59,166 nt of DNA, filler included, from Sphacelaria rigidula (GCA_964200075.2; 10 parts of 10 records of this genome joined end to end with filler, not necessarily neighbours in it); one strand, 5' to 3'. Counted from the first letter of the whole stretch, positions 35,563 to 49,780 are shown. A program made the numbers and translations. Notes: generated by a model from the sequence alone, not told the origin.

Positions 35563-38500
35563 TCAAAGGTGTTGAACTTGGCTTCAGGCTACGAGCCCAT
35601 GTTGGAGGCATTGATTTGTGTCGGTAAGCCAGCAAAATAACTGAAATACACCAGACCCCCAACAAGTACTAGGATTGGGATATCCCAGTGCGCTGATTAC
35701 ATCCCACCAATACAGTTGAAGCGAACAAGCTGGAGATTCTCTCGAAGGAGATCGAGAGAGAGACGGTAAGAAAGGGCGGATGGAGGAGTAAGGAGTGGTC
35801 GGGTAAAGTACTATTGATAGTAGTGCTGGTATCGGGAGTTCGTGACGACATGACGAGAATAGAGTTTGAAAAGGAATGCGATGAAGTTGGGTTATCCTGT
35901 TTGGCAAGAGCAAAAGTAGAAAGGAGGGAGAACACTTCCGCGTCACGCTAAAACAGTGCGCGAGCAAGGAGTGGGAAATGATGAAAACAAGTAAGGTATC
36001 GGCATGGGTTAGAAGGATAGGATAGAGGTTATGCATTGCTAACGGAATAACAAATCTAAGATGCAGTGTACAGGCTAACGGAGGGAAAGGGAGGCAGGAA
36101 CAGGCAAAATGCCCGGAAGGGGAAGGAGAAAATAAATAGCGCCCCAAAACACGTAGACAAAGACCAAACCGGCAAGGGGTAGAACAGTCGAGCAAGTGAA
36201 AATAAAAGTAAGAGACACGGGGAGAGGGTAGGAGAAAAGAAGAGAGCAGATAATGATTCGAAAAATAAGTTGAGAACAGGATTGTGGAACGTTTGTGGAT
36301 CGCCACAGACAAGCGCAAAAGAGAAGAGATAGCGCAACAAGTGAGTAAACACGACCTACATATAGTAGGAGACGCAAAGTTGAGAGTACGTATGGATAGG
36401 GGAATAGCGGAAGGGACAGAAGTCCAAGAGCAGGGGAGCGGAGGGGGGCGTAGGATTCCTAGTCAAGGAATACCTGTGTGACACAACAGAAGTGATCGAC
36501 GACACGAAATTCGACGAGAGCATATGGATAAGGGTACCAGGAGAGCGGGCAACGAAGGACTTCTTCGTAGGGAACATCTACATGCCTCCAGAATCGGAGA
36601 GTAGGGTGGACGATATAGCAGATGTACGTAAGTACAAAAGACTAGGTGACGTAATGTCGGTGGGAGATTTTAATGCAAGGGTAGGGAGAGCAGGTCAACC
36701 GGATGATATCATTGGGCAATACGGGGAAGATAGGAAGAACACGAATGGGATAGAAATACTCAAGTTCCTCGAGCATAACGAGATGGAGACGCTGAACGAT
36801 AGAGAACGAAAGCCAGAGGCGCAATGGACATGGACTAGAAAATGCAAAAACGAGATAGAACGCTCCGGTCGTGACTGTAAAGTGGTGGAGCATGGAAATG
36901 GTGAAAAAATGAAAGCACATGTATGCGCGGAGGACGTGAGAACCACAGATCACTGCCTAATACGGACAGAAAGTCAACAGACGAGAGCTGAAATAAATAG
37001 GCGGGGTAGGAAGTTGTACAAATGGAGAATCGATGAACTAGATATGGGAGAAAAACGGCAAGAGCCCAGAGAAGAGATGGCCAGAAATGCATTGAAATTT
37101 TCCGAACTTTCGGAACGCGTAGGAACAGTTGATACCGAAGCGGAAAGGAATCGGGCAGGAGCGAAGATCATAGAAGAATGGGAGCAGATGGTCAAGAACA
37201 CAGCGAGTAAAGTCATGGGGAAGAAACTAATCGCATGCAAAAGAGCAGTAAAATGGTGGGATGAGGAAGTAAAGGAGGCTATCAGAGAAAGGAGAGAGGC
37301 CCACGCGAGATGGATGTCGAACAAAAGTACGGTAGGATGAGAGGACTACACTGAAGGCCGAAAGCAAGAAAAAAATATGTACAGCATAAAGAGAAGGAAG
37401 TATGGGAAAATGTAGTGAAAACGACAAATGAAAATTTCGACGACGGGATGAAACAGATGTAGTTGAGAGCAAAGGGATTAGGGGAAACCAGGCAGGAAAG
37501 GTGGACAAGGGGATAGCTACACTCTGGGCACAGAACGGTAAAATGGTCAGTACTTCGAAGGGGAAGAGAGAAGTGTAGTCGAGCACTACCGTAAACTAGG
37601 AACACCAAGAACAAGCATGGAGTTCGACATGGATTTTGGAACAAAATCAACGCGTGAGCAGAGGCGAATGTAGAGACGTCAAAACGGCAGGATAGAGGCC
37701 CGAAAGAACTGCAGAGAAAGTCTATCAGAGGTGATGTAAAGGAGCGCGTGGCTAAACTCAAGAACAGAAAGGCAGCAGGGGCAGACGGAATAGTAAAATG
37801 AATTTCAAAAGTACGGGGGGAAGGGGATGATTACCATGATGGTTATGCTGTATAACTGGATCTGGGAAAACGAGTACACAGCCAAGAGGTGGAGGGAAGA
37901 AGTATTGGTCAACCGCTTCAAAAAGGGAGACAAGACTGACGCAGGGAACTATGGCAGGATTGCGCTACTGAGCACGGTAGGAAAAACATTTTGTAAGATT
38001 CTGAACATGAGAGTAGGAATGATGCTAGAAAAGGAAGACAAAATCAGCGAGGGACAAGCAGGTTTTCAGACCAAAGGTAGTTGCGTAGACCATGTGTACA
38101 CACTAGTCAAGATTATTCAGGGCAGGGAAGACACCGGGCTGACAACGTACTGTTTCTTTCAGGACGTGCAAAAGGCTTATGACACAGTATGGAGACTTGG
38201 GTTGTGGGAAAAGTTTTGGAAAGCTGGGATCAAGAGAAATATGTGGAGAACGGTGAAGAAGATGACAGAATGTGCCCAAAGTGCCATGATGCTGGATGGG
38301 GACGTATCGAAATATTTCGATATTTTTCAAGGAGTTGCACAAGGATGTGCGTTATCACCTACTTTGTTCAAGGTATTCATCAATGCCTTGATGATAACAG
38401 TAGAAGCAGTAAAGCAAGGGGTCAAGGTGGGTGAAGATATGGTATCAAGATGGATGTCCGCAGATCATTTTGTGGAGATCTCGGAAACACCAGAAGGATT

Positions 38501-39698
38501 GCAAAAACAGATGAACAAGGCGCCAGAATACACTAGGAAATGGAGGGTGACAGCGAACGTCAACAAATGCGCGGTGCTTGTCTGTAACGAAGATGAGAAA
38601 AATCCGGTAGAGTTCAAATGAGAGTGGAGAGACGACGAACTGCCGATCGTAGACCAGTATACATACCTTGGCGTAGAGATCTCAAACACTGTTCTTGGGA
38701 TGCACATATGAACAAAGTAATAGAGAAGGGTAAGGCACAGATAGGCAGGATGGACGTGATCCTCCGAGACGCGCACCTTGACACTAGGATCAAGATATGT
38801 ATCCTATTGAACGTGATCGTACCAAAGCTGGAATATGCAGGAGAAGTGTGAGGGGGGAACGTGAAGTTGGTGGAGAGGTTGGAAACAGTACAGATGGAAG
38901 CAGCTGAGAAAATACGTGAATGCCCGAAAACGACGAGTAATACAGTTTTGAGAGCNNNNNNNNNAACTTGAAACAAACAGAGACATGAGGAAATTGCGAT
39001 GGCAATATAGCGTAAAGAGCATGCAGAGAAAGAGGTTGCCAGCTACAGTTGATACGAAATTCTGTCCATAAGTGAAGGCGCGAGGTACAAGACAAAAGTG
39101 AGAGACATGATAAAATAAGGGAAAAAGAAGCGCTCAGACGCAGAGTAGACGAAGAACAACACCTGGAGATTCACGGGGGGCTGAGACAGGTGATGGGGAT
39201 GAAAGCATATTTGCATGGCCCAATGGACGCTGCGAAAAATCTGAAACTGCGATTTCGGGTGACGGACCTGGACCTGCCAGAAAGAATAAGTAGATATACC
39301 AGTCGTCGAAAGGAGGATGAAGCAGATGGACAGAACTGCCTCTGTGGCGAAGGAATCGAGAGCACAAGTCATGAAGTGGCAGAATGTGAACTAAACAATG
39401 AGGAACGGGATGTGCTAGAGGGGGAAATGCCCGACGTGAAAGAAGATGGCATGGAATGGTTTGATGCATTAGACAGTAGGGAGAAAACGATGACTATACT
39501 AGGAGATGGATGGTGGCCACAGACAGCGAAACAGGACGGGAATAAGATATGTAAAGGGTTTTTGTATAACGTATGGAAGAAATGGATTGAGCGCCGGAAT
39601 GTTGAAGGTGTCTCTATTGGGAGTAGGAACGGTGCTCCGTCTCGAAAGAGATGCGTAGCCAATGGTCAAACGACGAAGGCAAGCAACAAATGAGTACG
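35563..39698 (+). mobile_element. Second decayed copy of the family A LINE (5' end cut by the contig edge)
   Basis: Colinear with 13096-17681; VGDFNARVG, TDHCLI, GQAGF, DVQKAYDTVWR, QGCALSPTLF; ends KASNK* gtacg plus a C-rich tract. Confidence 0.95.
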
Positions 39699-40393
39699 CC
39701 CCCTCTCCTTCCCCCCTCCCTCCGTGCCCAGCCCCGCCCCGCCCCGTTTCTCCACATATCGACAATTAGTATGTCAGTGTCACAACCCTTCTGAGCGAAG
39801 ATGCGCAAACGGATACATGTGTCTCTTTGTTTCGAGTATTTCGTAGGAAAGTGACGCCGCTTGTCGAGACAGACTGAAGTACGGTATGTGTTATTTGTCC
39901 AGAGATGAGCCCCTCCCCTCCCCCTTCCCTCCCTTCCCTCCTCGTGCGCTCCCCGGTTCTTGTTTCCTGGTGTCAAGCTCTTGTCTTTGGTCCCTCAACC
40001 TGCCCACCAGGCAGACATTTAATAAGTCTACTCTCTCTGCCCACGTTGCCTACGCGCATTTCCCCTATGTATCCAAAGTGTTGGTTCCGACCAGAATGTG
40101 GGTTCCGGTGCCGAACTTATTCCAAACCCGATCACTTGGTTCGGAATCGAAACATCTATTTCTCCGAGAGTATTGAACAGGTCATGATCAAGACTCTCTG
40201 TCCGAAGCATCATCACATGAGTTCGACAAATAAATGCGTGCCTGTTCAAGGGCATTGATTCTGAAGCGAACCGTCTCTTCCCACCTTTGTCTATGATTAT
40301 TATTCATATATGTATATATATAAATATGTGTGTGTCTCCCACCGTTATGTCTTTCTCTTTCGCACTTGTATGGTTGGCCCTTTCCGGAGGCAG

Positions 40394-40518
40394 GTGATTT
40401 ACGTTGCACGAAATCCCAAAGACGTGTGCGTCAGCCTCTTTCATCACGCGAAGAACAAAAAGCTTCACCAGTTTAACGGAGACGTGCACGACATGATCCG
40501 CTGTTTCGTCCAGGGAAG
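40394..40518 (+). CDS. Sulfotransferase (Sulfotransfer_1/SULT type), single internal exon
   Basis: VIYVARNPKDVCVSLFHH is the 3'-phosphate (PAPS) binding motif; gcag acceptor and ag|gtcagt donor. Confidence 0.9.
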
Positions 40519-41311
40519 GTCAGTAAGGGACACGCCGTGCAGTGCCCCGCACCCCACCCCGTTTTTTCGTTTTTCATCTGCCCGCTGAGATAATCCCGAA
40601 CATAGGAGTAGCCACGCATCGGTGGTATAATTGAAGGCGATTAGGTCGGAGTCGGGGGTCGGATTCCTTGCAGATACAATTCTGTGCATCCCATTTATTT
40701 TATTTATTGTCAATTTTTTTATTCATTTTTCCCTCAATATGTATCTTTTCATATTCGGGCTGCGTCGTCGACACCGAAAGGATGTTGAGCATAGCGAACA
40801 GTGTTTTTTCACGAAAAAAAAACAATGATGCCTACTGTGCTGTATTCACGTTATTTTGTTGTTGTAGTGACAACTGGTTGCGTACTCCTTACGGAAAAAT
40901 GACGATTTACTAGTGACGTCTTTTGGTCTGTATAAGTTTTTTTTTTGCAAGTGTTGATACAGCCCACCAAAACGGTGCACCACTCTAAGTTCAAGTATAC
41001 TAATGTGACCGATTTTGTGCACCGAACTCGAAGGGACTTTTTCCAGGTGACGAAGCTCGCAGATGGGAGTTTGTACTCTTTTTCGCGCATTCCAAGAGGG
41101 TCAAGTAAACTTATTGCTTATATAGTAGGAACGGAATGTATTCCGGAAGGGCCTCAAAACATTGTTATTGTGGTTGCTGCTGCTGCTGCTGCTGCTGCTG
41201 TGAACAAGTATCGCGGAAGGCACTTGTGTAATTGTCGATGTCGCCGATGTGAAAGGGTGACGAGACCTGGCGATCTCGTCCTCTCCCCCCCCCCCCCTAT
41301 TACTTTTTTTA

Positions 41312-41388
41312 TGTGTTCTTGGGATGCACACATAAAAAAAGTAATAGAGAAGGGTAAGGCACAGATAGGCAGGATGGACATGATTCTC
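41312..41388 (+). mobile_element. 5' junction of a truncated family A LINE, cut by the contig end
   Basis: Matches 38690-38765; starts about 15 nt after a long C-run. Confidence 0.85.
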
Positions 41389-41520
41389 NNNNNNNNNNNN
41401 NNNNNNNNNNNNNNNNNNNNNNNNNNNNNNNNTTAATTAATTAANNNNNNNNNNNNNNNNNNNNNNNNNNNNNNNNNNNNNNNNNNNNCGGGAGTGTTCT
41501 CCCTCTCTTTCTACTTTTCC

Positions 41521-44500
41521 TGTTGTCAAACAGTACAATCCAACTTCATCGCATTTCTTTTTTAACTCTAGTTGGGAAGGGGGGGGGGACTATCGCTGCT
41601 GTGCCCTTGTGAGGTACATGATGTGGCCATGACGCGCTTCCTCGCAGTGCACCGTTGTATAGCGGAGCAGGGCAATTGTCACGGGAGATCTCGATGGGTT
41701 AAGGCTCAAGAGCAGACGATGGACCCGAGTGGGTCGTTGCATCGCCGTGCTGTCCATTATTTATTCAGATGTCACCAGCCTGTGTACAGCTTTATCTAAA
41801 TCTTCTCTCTCTCTGAATCCCAGCCTTTAGCCCCATCTATGGAGCTTATAGTATAGAGCCGTGGAGCGGTTTTGGCTCGACTGAATACTGGTTACAGTAC
41901 TGGTTCCGGGACCGTTCCTGTTGATACCTCGCACGGAACGGTACTGACTCCTATCAGGCTGGTTGACTACATGCCCAAGAATCCACGTATGAGATCCATG
42001 TCCAATACATAATGCGCACACTCCCCCATGATCTTACAGCGGTAACCCCAGAGAGTTGATACGATCAAACCCAAAGTGCTAGATACGAGATGAATGGATT
42101 TTTCCATTGAATGTCATCGAAGCCGCGTGGTGGACCCGGACCCTGTGGACTCGTCCGGACCTCCGCCACTGTTTCCGTTTTGGCATCCTTCGTCGAGGAC
42201 GGTGACTAAAACGCTTGCTGCCTTTGTGCGAGGTTGTCCTTGCTCGGCATGCACCCCGCACCCTTGGGTGGTCCCTCCACCGCCTTTGTCGTTTCCTTCG
42301 CCGCGGGCTGTTCATCCGCTTCTTGGTCAAGGGTCGAACCGTCCGCGCTCGGCACGCACTTATTCTCGAGCTTCTCCCCCTCGTCGTCGCCCAGCGTATC
42401 CGGTGTTGCGGTGACTCGACCCTGTTCGCGGCCATCTTCGCTTGGGAAGGCGGGATCCTTCAGTCCGACCTGTCGCTCCTTTCTTGTTCGTGGTGCCCCC
42501 GTCTCTGGGTCGTCGGAGCGCTCGTCCGCTCTTGGATTTGCATGAGCTACAGGCGCCGCCTGCGGCACCCGTGGTCCCAGCGGTTCACCGGCCTCTCGGC
42601 TCTGAGCCTCGTTGTCTTTCTGCTGAATTTCTCCTTCCATGGCCACTTTCTATCTGTCAGCATCAAGTCCTGCCAGGGCTTATTTCGCTGTCGACGGTTC
42701 CTGTGATCCAGTGACGATTCCGCCCCCGAGCATGCAGAATGCGCCTTTGTCTCGATCATGTAGAAGGTTGACGAGGAAATTTCTGTTGTCAGAACTGATG
42801 TTGTCAGAGTCCCTGAAGCGTTGCTGTGTGTTGTCCCTCCAATGCCGTTGCGCCAGTCGACTGGACCCGCGCTTTGATGACGTCGGGTCTTGTGGTGGCT
42901 ATCCACCCGGGCCATCATCGCCATCGACTGGTGCTGCTTTCTCTTCTTCCGATGATTCGTCCTCGTCGTCACTCAGTTTGACAGCCTTCAGACCCCCCAC
43001 GATGTCTAGGATCTTGGCCTCTGATTGAAACGTGATGTGTAAAGACTTGATGAGCTTTGATTCCTGTATCAGCCATACACACCAGCAGAGAGTGTGCCGA
43101 TCGTGCCCCAAGACTCCCCGCTTCGCGTATGGATGGAACTTTGCAGCGGCGTAGCGCTGCTGCATCCGCTGGAGCACGAAGCACACGTACCCCAAAGTAC
43201 GAAGCCGGTCGTAGTTGAAAGGCTTCCCTGCCAGCCTCTCACATGGAGTCTCGCCCCCGAGGTACTCGTGGGGCATCCCTGCGGTCTTGAATACCGCATC
43301 CGCCACAGCGAAGAACCAGTAGACCTCTCGGCGTCCCACTTCCACCTCTTGGCTGCGTGTTATCCTCGTCAGTCGTTGAATTGAACGTTCAGCAATTCCA
43401 TTACTTTTGCGGTGTGCTTAGCGGCGAGCAGCGCCACTTGATGCCGCGATTGGCCAGGATACGTTGAAATTTGACTGACCGTCCAAGTTCCCCAGCGCCG
43501 TCTCCGCTGATGCATTTGATGGCGACTCCGTCACGGTCCATTTCGTCGATGTAGGCTCCCGTGGTGGCGTCAGTGGCAGCATCTCGTGTCTTGAGTCCAA
43601 CAACGTGCTTGTCTCGACTGACCTCGTCCACGAAAATCTGACAATGTTTCATGCCCGTGACCCCGGCGTGGAAAGGACATTCAAGGTCAGTGTGCACAAC
43701 TTTCACCAGGTGCTTTGGGACCTGCTGCAGCGGCCGTAGCTGAGCGCCTAGGACTTGCATTCCTTACAGACGCTGCGGCGCATCTCAGACGCCACCGTGG
43801 TATCAGATACATCGATTAGCCCACGCTTCTCGAGGTGTTTTACTGCAGCCGGATCGATGTGTTCTAGGATTCGTGCCACTGCTTTAATGTGAGGCGCTGC
43901 TTCTTGATTGCGAAGAAAGCGTGCGCCGACGCCGCACGTTTGCCATGCCCCTGCAGCGATGCCGACAGGTTAAGGAACCCTTTATTCTCGACTGGGGGGG
44001 ATCTTCGATCCATACTTTCTGAACCAAAGGTAGCTCTCCTTCCTGCCGGACTCCACGAAGTCTCCTCCGTCACACCGAATCGTTCCGGTACTCAGCAGTC
44101 GGCGAGGTAGTCCATGGACCCAAAGTACGTCCTTCAGTGTGACCTTTGCTAGAGCTTCCTTTCCCAGAGCGCTCACGTGTAATGGGATCTCTCCCATTGC
44201 CAGCGCCTGCAGCTGCCCCTTGCTTCAAACATACAGCTTCAATTAACGGTACGAGTGTTCCTGAGGTCCTTTTTCCAGGGAGTCATGCGGTCATTCGCTC
44301 CCGAGTCGCAGAGAATCAATACCTCTGTGTGACTGTTGGTCGACGTGCACATGGATGCTACTCGCTCGTCTTCGACTATCACATTATTCGTCGTGAATGC
44401 CCTCGGTCTGTCTCTCCTCCCATTTCTTCTACCGTTTTGTGGAGGAGGTGGGAACCTTCGTCGGGGGCTCATCCCCGGTTGTCGTTCAGCCGAAGGTTAG

Positions 44501-45210
44501 CCGTTAAGGTAGGAGTAGCACTCCCACCACCTATGATTTCCTTTCAAACGGTAGGCCCATTGATTGCTATCGAGTGAGTCGGTTTTGTTGCGGTCGGTTC
44601 TCGATTGAAACGCTACTGCCTCATCGCGGCGTTCCGTGTTTGACACTTGGTATGTTGATGATGCCACGACTGCCCGTTTGAGCTCATCGTACGTATTACC
44701 TGGCTGGGTAGTTAGTTGGATGAATACTTTTGGAAACGCCTCCTTGATCCCGAGTAGAAGGGCTGCCCTCTTAGCCTCCTCGGCTTTGGCGTCTCCAAGC
44801 GCTTCGAATTCCCCTCAGATGATGTCCAGCTTGACCATAAACCTTCTGATTGTTCTGCGGAGTATCATCGACATCACGCAGTCTTCGGTCCAATGCGAAG
44901 AGTTGCACCGGCCGCTCGTCCTGTGCACGTTCTCCGGAGATCCGTTCCATCTCCAGCGAGGCTTCCCTGCCGTCGGGGTGGCCTCCGTGCTCGTATCGTA
45001 CGACAATGGCTGCGGCTGACCTCTTCGTAGCCTTTGCCAGGCGGAACCACAAGGACTATGTATTGTGTCGGTGCGTTTCGTACGCCCTACGCTGGTCGAG
45101 TGTTGTGGACGCTGTTGGAACGACCGATGTGGCGAAATGCGGTCGCAGCAAGGGGTATAGTCCCTTCCCCCCTGCGTATCCAGCGACGGAGAGTCTCCAT
45201 GCGTCCTATG
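41521..45210 (-). mobile_element. Decayed Ty1/copia element (gag, PR, GAG-pre-integrase, IN; RT/RH apparently deleted); boundaries approximate
   Basis: PR CDSGANDRMT and LKDVLWVHGLPRRLLS; pre-IN QWHE.LEH; IN VHTDLECP, FVDEVSR, GDGAGE, NGIAER, LRTLGYVCFV; PPT gggggag|tgt at 42021-42027. Confidence 0.88.
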
Positions 45211-45307
45211 TTTGAGCACAAATGGAATGGAAGATGGGCAAGTTGAAGCGAATGATCAAAGCCACTCTTAATCCGCTCTCTACTCTCAATATCACGAGAA
45301 CGTTGTT

Positions 45308-46765
45308 AATTGTGATTCGAAACTCACGATATAGAACCACGGAGGTATGCTGAATTATAAAAACAAATGGACCCTCTTTTTTGGGAGGGGGGGGGGGAAG
45401 GTTCGGGCGTTCTCGTGAAAAAATGGCGGTTTCCGTACTAACTAAAACGCCCTAAACCAGTGGAAACAAGAAAAAAATCAACCTGATACACGTTGTTCCG
45501 TCAATTATGCCCCAGCCACGCCCCACACAAAATTCCAATACACAAGCACCAAACGTAGGCCGATGAGTGGCGTGCAAAATACTGTTCCGAATTCCTCTAA
45601 CCCCGTCACTAAACGGCCCATCGTACGGCCAATATTTAGAGTTGAACCCTGAAATTTGGTATGGACATCGAATAGGGCATATATAAAACAATTACCAGTG
45701 CACACAAGGTCTTTTCCCTATTAGTTAACCCCTAGGCGGCGGCAGTAGGCCATCCGTTGAATCGGCATCGATTTCACTCGGGAAGGGTATACACGATCCA
45801 GATAGACTACCCTCCTTGCGGTCTGAGCGTTAAGGGCAATGATCAGTTTTCAGGTATCAGTAAAATGCAAAATGCCCCTAACTCACGAAGAAAAAAACCT
45901 TGTGTGCGCTGGTATTTGTTCTCATTATGCCCTATTCATGTGGTATGGACGATCGAGAGGGCATAATAAAAACAATTGCCAGTGCATACAAGGTTTTTTC
46001 CCCACGAGTTATTAAGGGCAATGATCAGTTTTCAGGTACAGTATCAGTAAATGTAATGAAATACCCCTAACTCATGATAAAAAACTTTGTGTGCGCTGGT
46101 ATTTGTTTTTATTAATATTTTGGGGTATTCATTGTCCATACCAAATTTCAGGGTCTAACCGATCCAACTCTAGATATTGGCCGTACAATGGGCCTGCAAA
46201 CCACAAATTCGCTTCTCGGCTGGCCCAGCTCGTAATGCAATCCGATACGAGCTGGGCCAGCCTAGAGACGGATACGAAGTTTGCAGGCCCATTCTCTTTT
46301 ATACATCTAGAGTTGGAGCGTGAAATTTGGTATGGACAATGCATAGGAACGAAAAAAAATTTACTGCGGAACCAATATATATATATATATATATATATAT
46401 TCATGAGCTAAGGGCAATAATCGGTTTTCAGTAAATTGCCCAACTCTAAATGTATAAAAGAGGATGGGCCTATCAAAAACCGGATCGGTAAAAATTCTGA
46501 ACAGTATTTCGCAGGCCACTCATTGGCCCACGTTTGGTTTTCGTGTATTGAAATCTGGTGTGGGCGCTCTCTAAGGCATAATTATCAAACCAGGTGGGTT
46601 AGGTTGATTTTTTTTTCATTTTTTTCACTGGTTCAGGGCGTTCTACTCCGGTCAAGATCGTTTTTTCACGAGAAAGTCCGAACCTCTATGAAAAAAATAA
46701 ATAAAGGCCCCCCTTTTTTTTCGGCACACTTTTGTGTGGTTCATGTTCACTTTCAAATCACAATT
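45308..46765. mobile_element. Foldback-like element with ~340-bp diverged inverted arms and internal palindrome/direct repeats
   Basis: 45308-45650 is the reverse complement of about 46440-46765 (aattgtgatt/aatcacaatt, ttctcgtgaaaaaa/ttttttcacgagaa, aaaaaaatcaacct/aggttgattttttt). Confidence 0.8.
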
Positions 46766-47414
46766 CTACAAATTGAGCTACAACATTGCGATAAGGCCTA
46801 AGAGCGACGTTCATTTCTCCTCAAAACTCCACTAAAAACGCGAAAAAAAATAAAAATAAAAATAAAAAGAAATGAAAAAGGGTAGCAAGCCGTTTTTATT
46901 TTTTTATTGTGCACGAGCGGTCCACTACACGAAATTTTATCGAACAACCCCCTCAAAAAATGAGACGTGATGTCCAGATTAAGGGCATCGAGTGCCTTTG
47001 TTCGTAATATATTGATTTTAGTGTCGAAACTTGTGTGCGCCATATTTAGGGATATATATCGAGTTAGGTGAAGGTGAGGATATAGATCGTCTCCCCTTGC
47101 TCCAGAGAATGCCCACCCCAAAATTCGTCATCATCCACTGAATGCATCGATCGGGGGTTTGGTAGAGATTTTATTATGGACGCCATCTTCGTTTTGTATA
47201 GGAATTGCTAGACATGGGCTTCAATCAACGAGAAAATGTGGGCCCAAACTTTTGAGCAGATGGGCACATTCCCCTTGGTCATAGACGATTGATACGATAT
47301 GCGGATCACAGCCCNNNNNNNNNNNNNNNNNNNNNNNNNNNNNNNNNNNNNNNNNNNNTTAATTAATTAANNNNNNNNNNNNNNNNNNNNNNNNNNNNNN
47401 NNNNNNNNNNNNNN

Positions 47415-47470
47415 CGAAAGGGATGCGTGGTCAATGGTCGAACGACTAAGGCAAGCAACAAATGAGTACG
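47415..47470 (+). repeat. Family A LINE 3' tip at the contig start
   Basis: Matches the tail consensus; followed by a C-tract. Confidence 0.92.
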
Positions 47471-47978
47471 CCCCCTCCCCCCCCCCCTCCACCCGCCTTT
47501 GGTGAGACACTTCGGGGCGAGTCGGTAGTCTCGCGGTCGTGACTCATATTTTCCCCAGGAGCTACCCTCCTCGCATTTCATTATCGACCACTGGATCATG
47601 ACTATCACCACTCGTGCAGCCCGTCGACTTTCGTCGACTTTTGTGTCTTCATATCACACTCTGACGCTTCCGACGACGACAGTCAGTGGAACAAACCATT
47701 TCTTATACCGGAATCTAAGCCCACTACCGTACTGTTCGCACCGTGGCTAATGATGTGCTGTGCAAATTTGAAAACGGGGCCAGAGTAGCCAATATTGTGC
47801 GAATGCACGCTTACTTTCACAACTTAATCGCTTCACGATGTAGCGCAGGACCCATTTGGTGGGGAGCGTTTCATGAAAAGTAGGAACCTACTCAGAACAC
47901 AATGTCATTCTTTTATTTGCTGAGTCATTTTCCATAAAACGAAAGATGGTGATCCCCGACAACATCATCACCCCCCTT

Positions 47979-48047
47979 CCTCCACCCCGGCTTTGTAGGG
48001 ATGCGAGGTCAATGGTCTTATGACTACGGTATGCAAGATCATCAGTA
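47979..48047 (+). repeat. Family B 3' tip between C-tracts
   Basis: ccccggctttgtagggatgcgaggtcaatggtcttatgactacggtatgcaagatcatcagta plus a C-run. Confidence 0.88.
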
Positions 48048-48132
48048 CCCCCCCTCCCCCCCGCCCTTTCCCTCCCGGCAATGTGTTGCGGGCGTGCCTC
48101 CTTGTGCCTTGCTTTCAAATATGTCGCTGAAG

Positions 48133-48313
48133 CTCTGGGGTAAGCTAGAAACACTGGGGTTGGGCACGGCTCTGAAGATCATGCTCTTCTCGTCGGATGA
48201 GGAGGGGAAGAAGGAGCTAGCTTCCCTCAACCGGAATGAGATCATCGCGCTGGTCAACACAGCAGCACAGCTGGCCAAGAGCGTGGGTAGCGTGCCAGGC
48301 TGGAGATGGTTGG
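48133..48313 (+). CDS. ERO1: ER oxidoreductin 1, exon just after the CxxCxxC motif
   Basis: LWGKLETLGLGTALKIMLFS...LNRNEIIALVN matches the Ero1 signature LWGKLQTxGLGTALKILF...LxRxEIVALxN; donor g|gtgaga, phase 1. Confidence 0.92.
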
Positions 48314-48752
48314 GTGAGAGAAGGAAACGGACAGTCTGACAGACAAGAATATGGTAGAGGAGGGCAGGGGACCGGGGGGGGGGGTGTTGTTTGGTGTGGG
48401 AGGGGCATGCCGAAACATGAAATCATTGTCATCATTGTTACGGTAAGTATGCTCAGGAGTCAGTATATTGTTGGATTTTGGTCGGCGGACAAGAAGTGTA
48501 ATGGTTCAACTTTATTGGAGACGCAGGGCTGTTTTTTTGTTGGTTGACTGGTCGTTAGGTGCATTGTGCATTGTACAAAAAGCCACGAATCAGATCGTCA
48601 AAACATGTATATTCAAAGTGTTGTTATGCTGCCCTACCCTACGCGTCTCGCTCAGGCGGCAGTCATTTTTTCTATGTGTGCGGCGGGGGAGGGGACAGGC
48701 CGGGGGATGGGGGGGGGGAGTAGCTACTGTACTGCACATGTGTAATTGACGT

Positions 48753-48895
48753 CCACACCCTGTATAATGACGATATATTACATTGTCACGAAGTATACTG
48801 CGTACAGTATCGACTATCGACTATTTCATCTATTGCAATAGACAATGGATTCCATACTGTGCGTTTCACGTACATTTTTTTGACAATGTAATCTA
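48753..48895. mobile_element. Diverged copy of the MITE at 32870-33006
   Basis: Shares ccacaccctg, tactgcgtacagtatcga, ctattgcaa.agacaatggatt and tacattttttgaca. Confidence 0.75.
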
Positions 48896-49780
48896 TTTAT
48901 TGGCAAACTGAATATGTACCGGGCCAGAATCTGCTAAACTAAATTAGCAGGTGAAGCCCGCATCTCAAGCCGAAAATCCCACACACAGATTAGGGTAATC
49001 CAAAGTGAAGTTAAAGAAGCGCGACTATGCCCGAGTGTTCAAACTCTGCACTGGCCCAAAATTGAAGACCTCTCCACAATCAGACGGAGGACTAAAACAT
49101 GGGGCATGTCTTGTTTCACTACTGTACCGCAGTGAAAACACTCAAACCCTCTCATGTGTCGGAGCTTCTTCTGTCCGTTATGTTGTGGTGTGTTCATGTA
49201 TTGCGAGGACGGTTTGGATTGCATGGGCTACGATTTTGTCGTTGTGTTCGCCTCTGCAAAAAACAATGTTAGTCGGCACGCAGTGCTGGCTGCACACTGT
49301 TGAAAGCTTCATGGGTGTGTTGACTGTTTCGTTTTCGGTAGGACGAACAGCGCGCTGTCAGTTGCTGCGACACTCCTGCTGGTGCCGTGCGTTGGGCGCC
49401 TGTACTTTACCGTACTACTGTTTTGTGTTCAGTGTACAATACTGTATTGTCTGTGATACTGTAGTGGGCTGAAACGCGCTACGAGTTGGACCGCACGTAC
49501 ACTTGGTTTTAGAGTGCTCTCCTGGCGATTCCCAAGCGAAACGGAGCGATCTGATTGGTAAGTTCCCAAGCGAATCTGTCCCGCTTCAAGTGCAGTCTAC
49601 CTGTTCATTGTTATTTTCCAGGGTATGATGACGTCAGCATTCTTGCTGACCACAAGCTCTCTAATTCCATGGTGCTTCCCCGCTTACAAGTTGTTGTTGC
49701 CTTTCCCCCTTGGATTGTTCTGTATTTGTGATGGCGCGTGTGTATGCGTGTGGTGTTTTCGTCGTGTATTTTTTTTGCAG

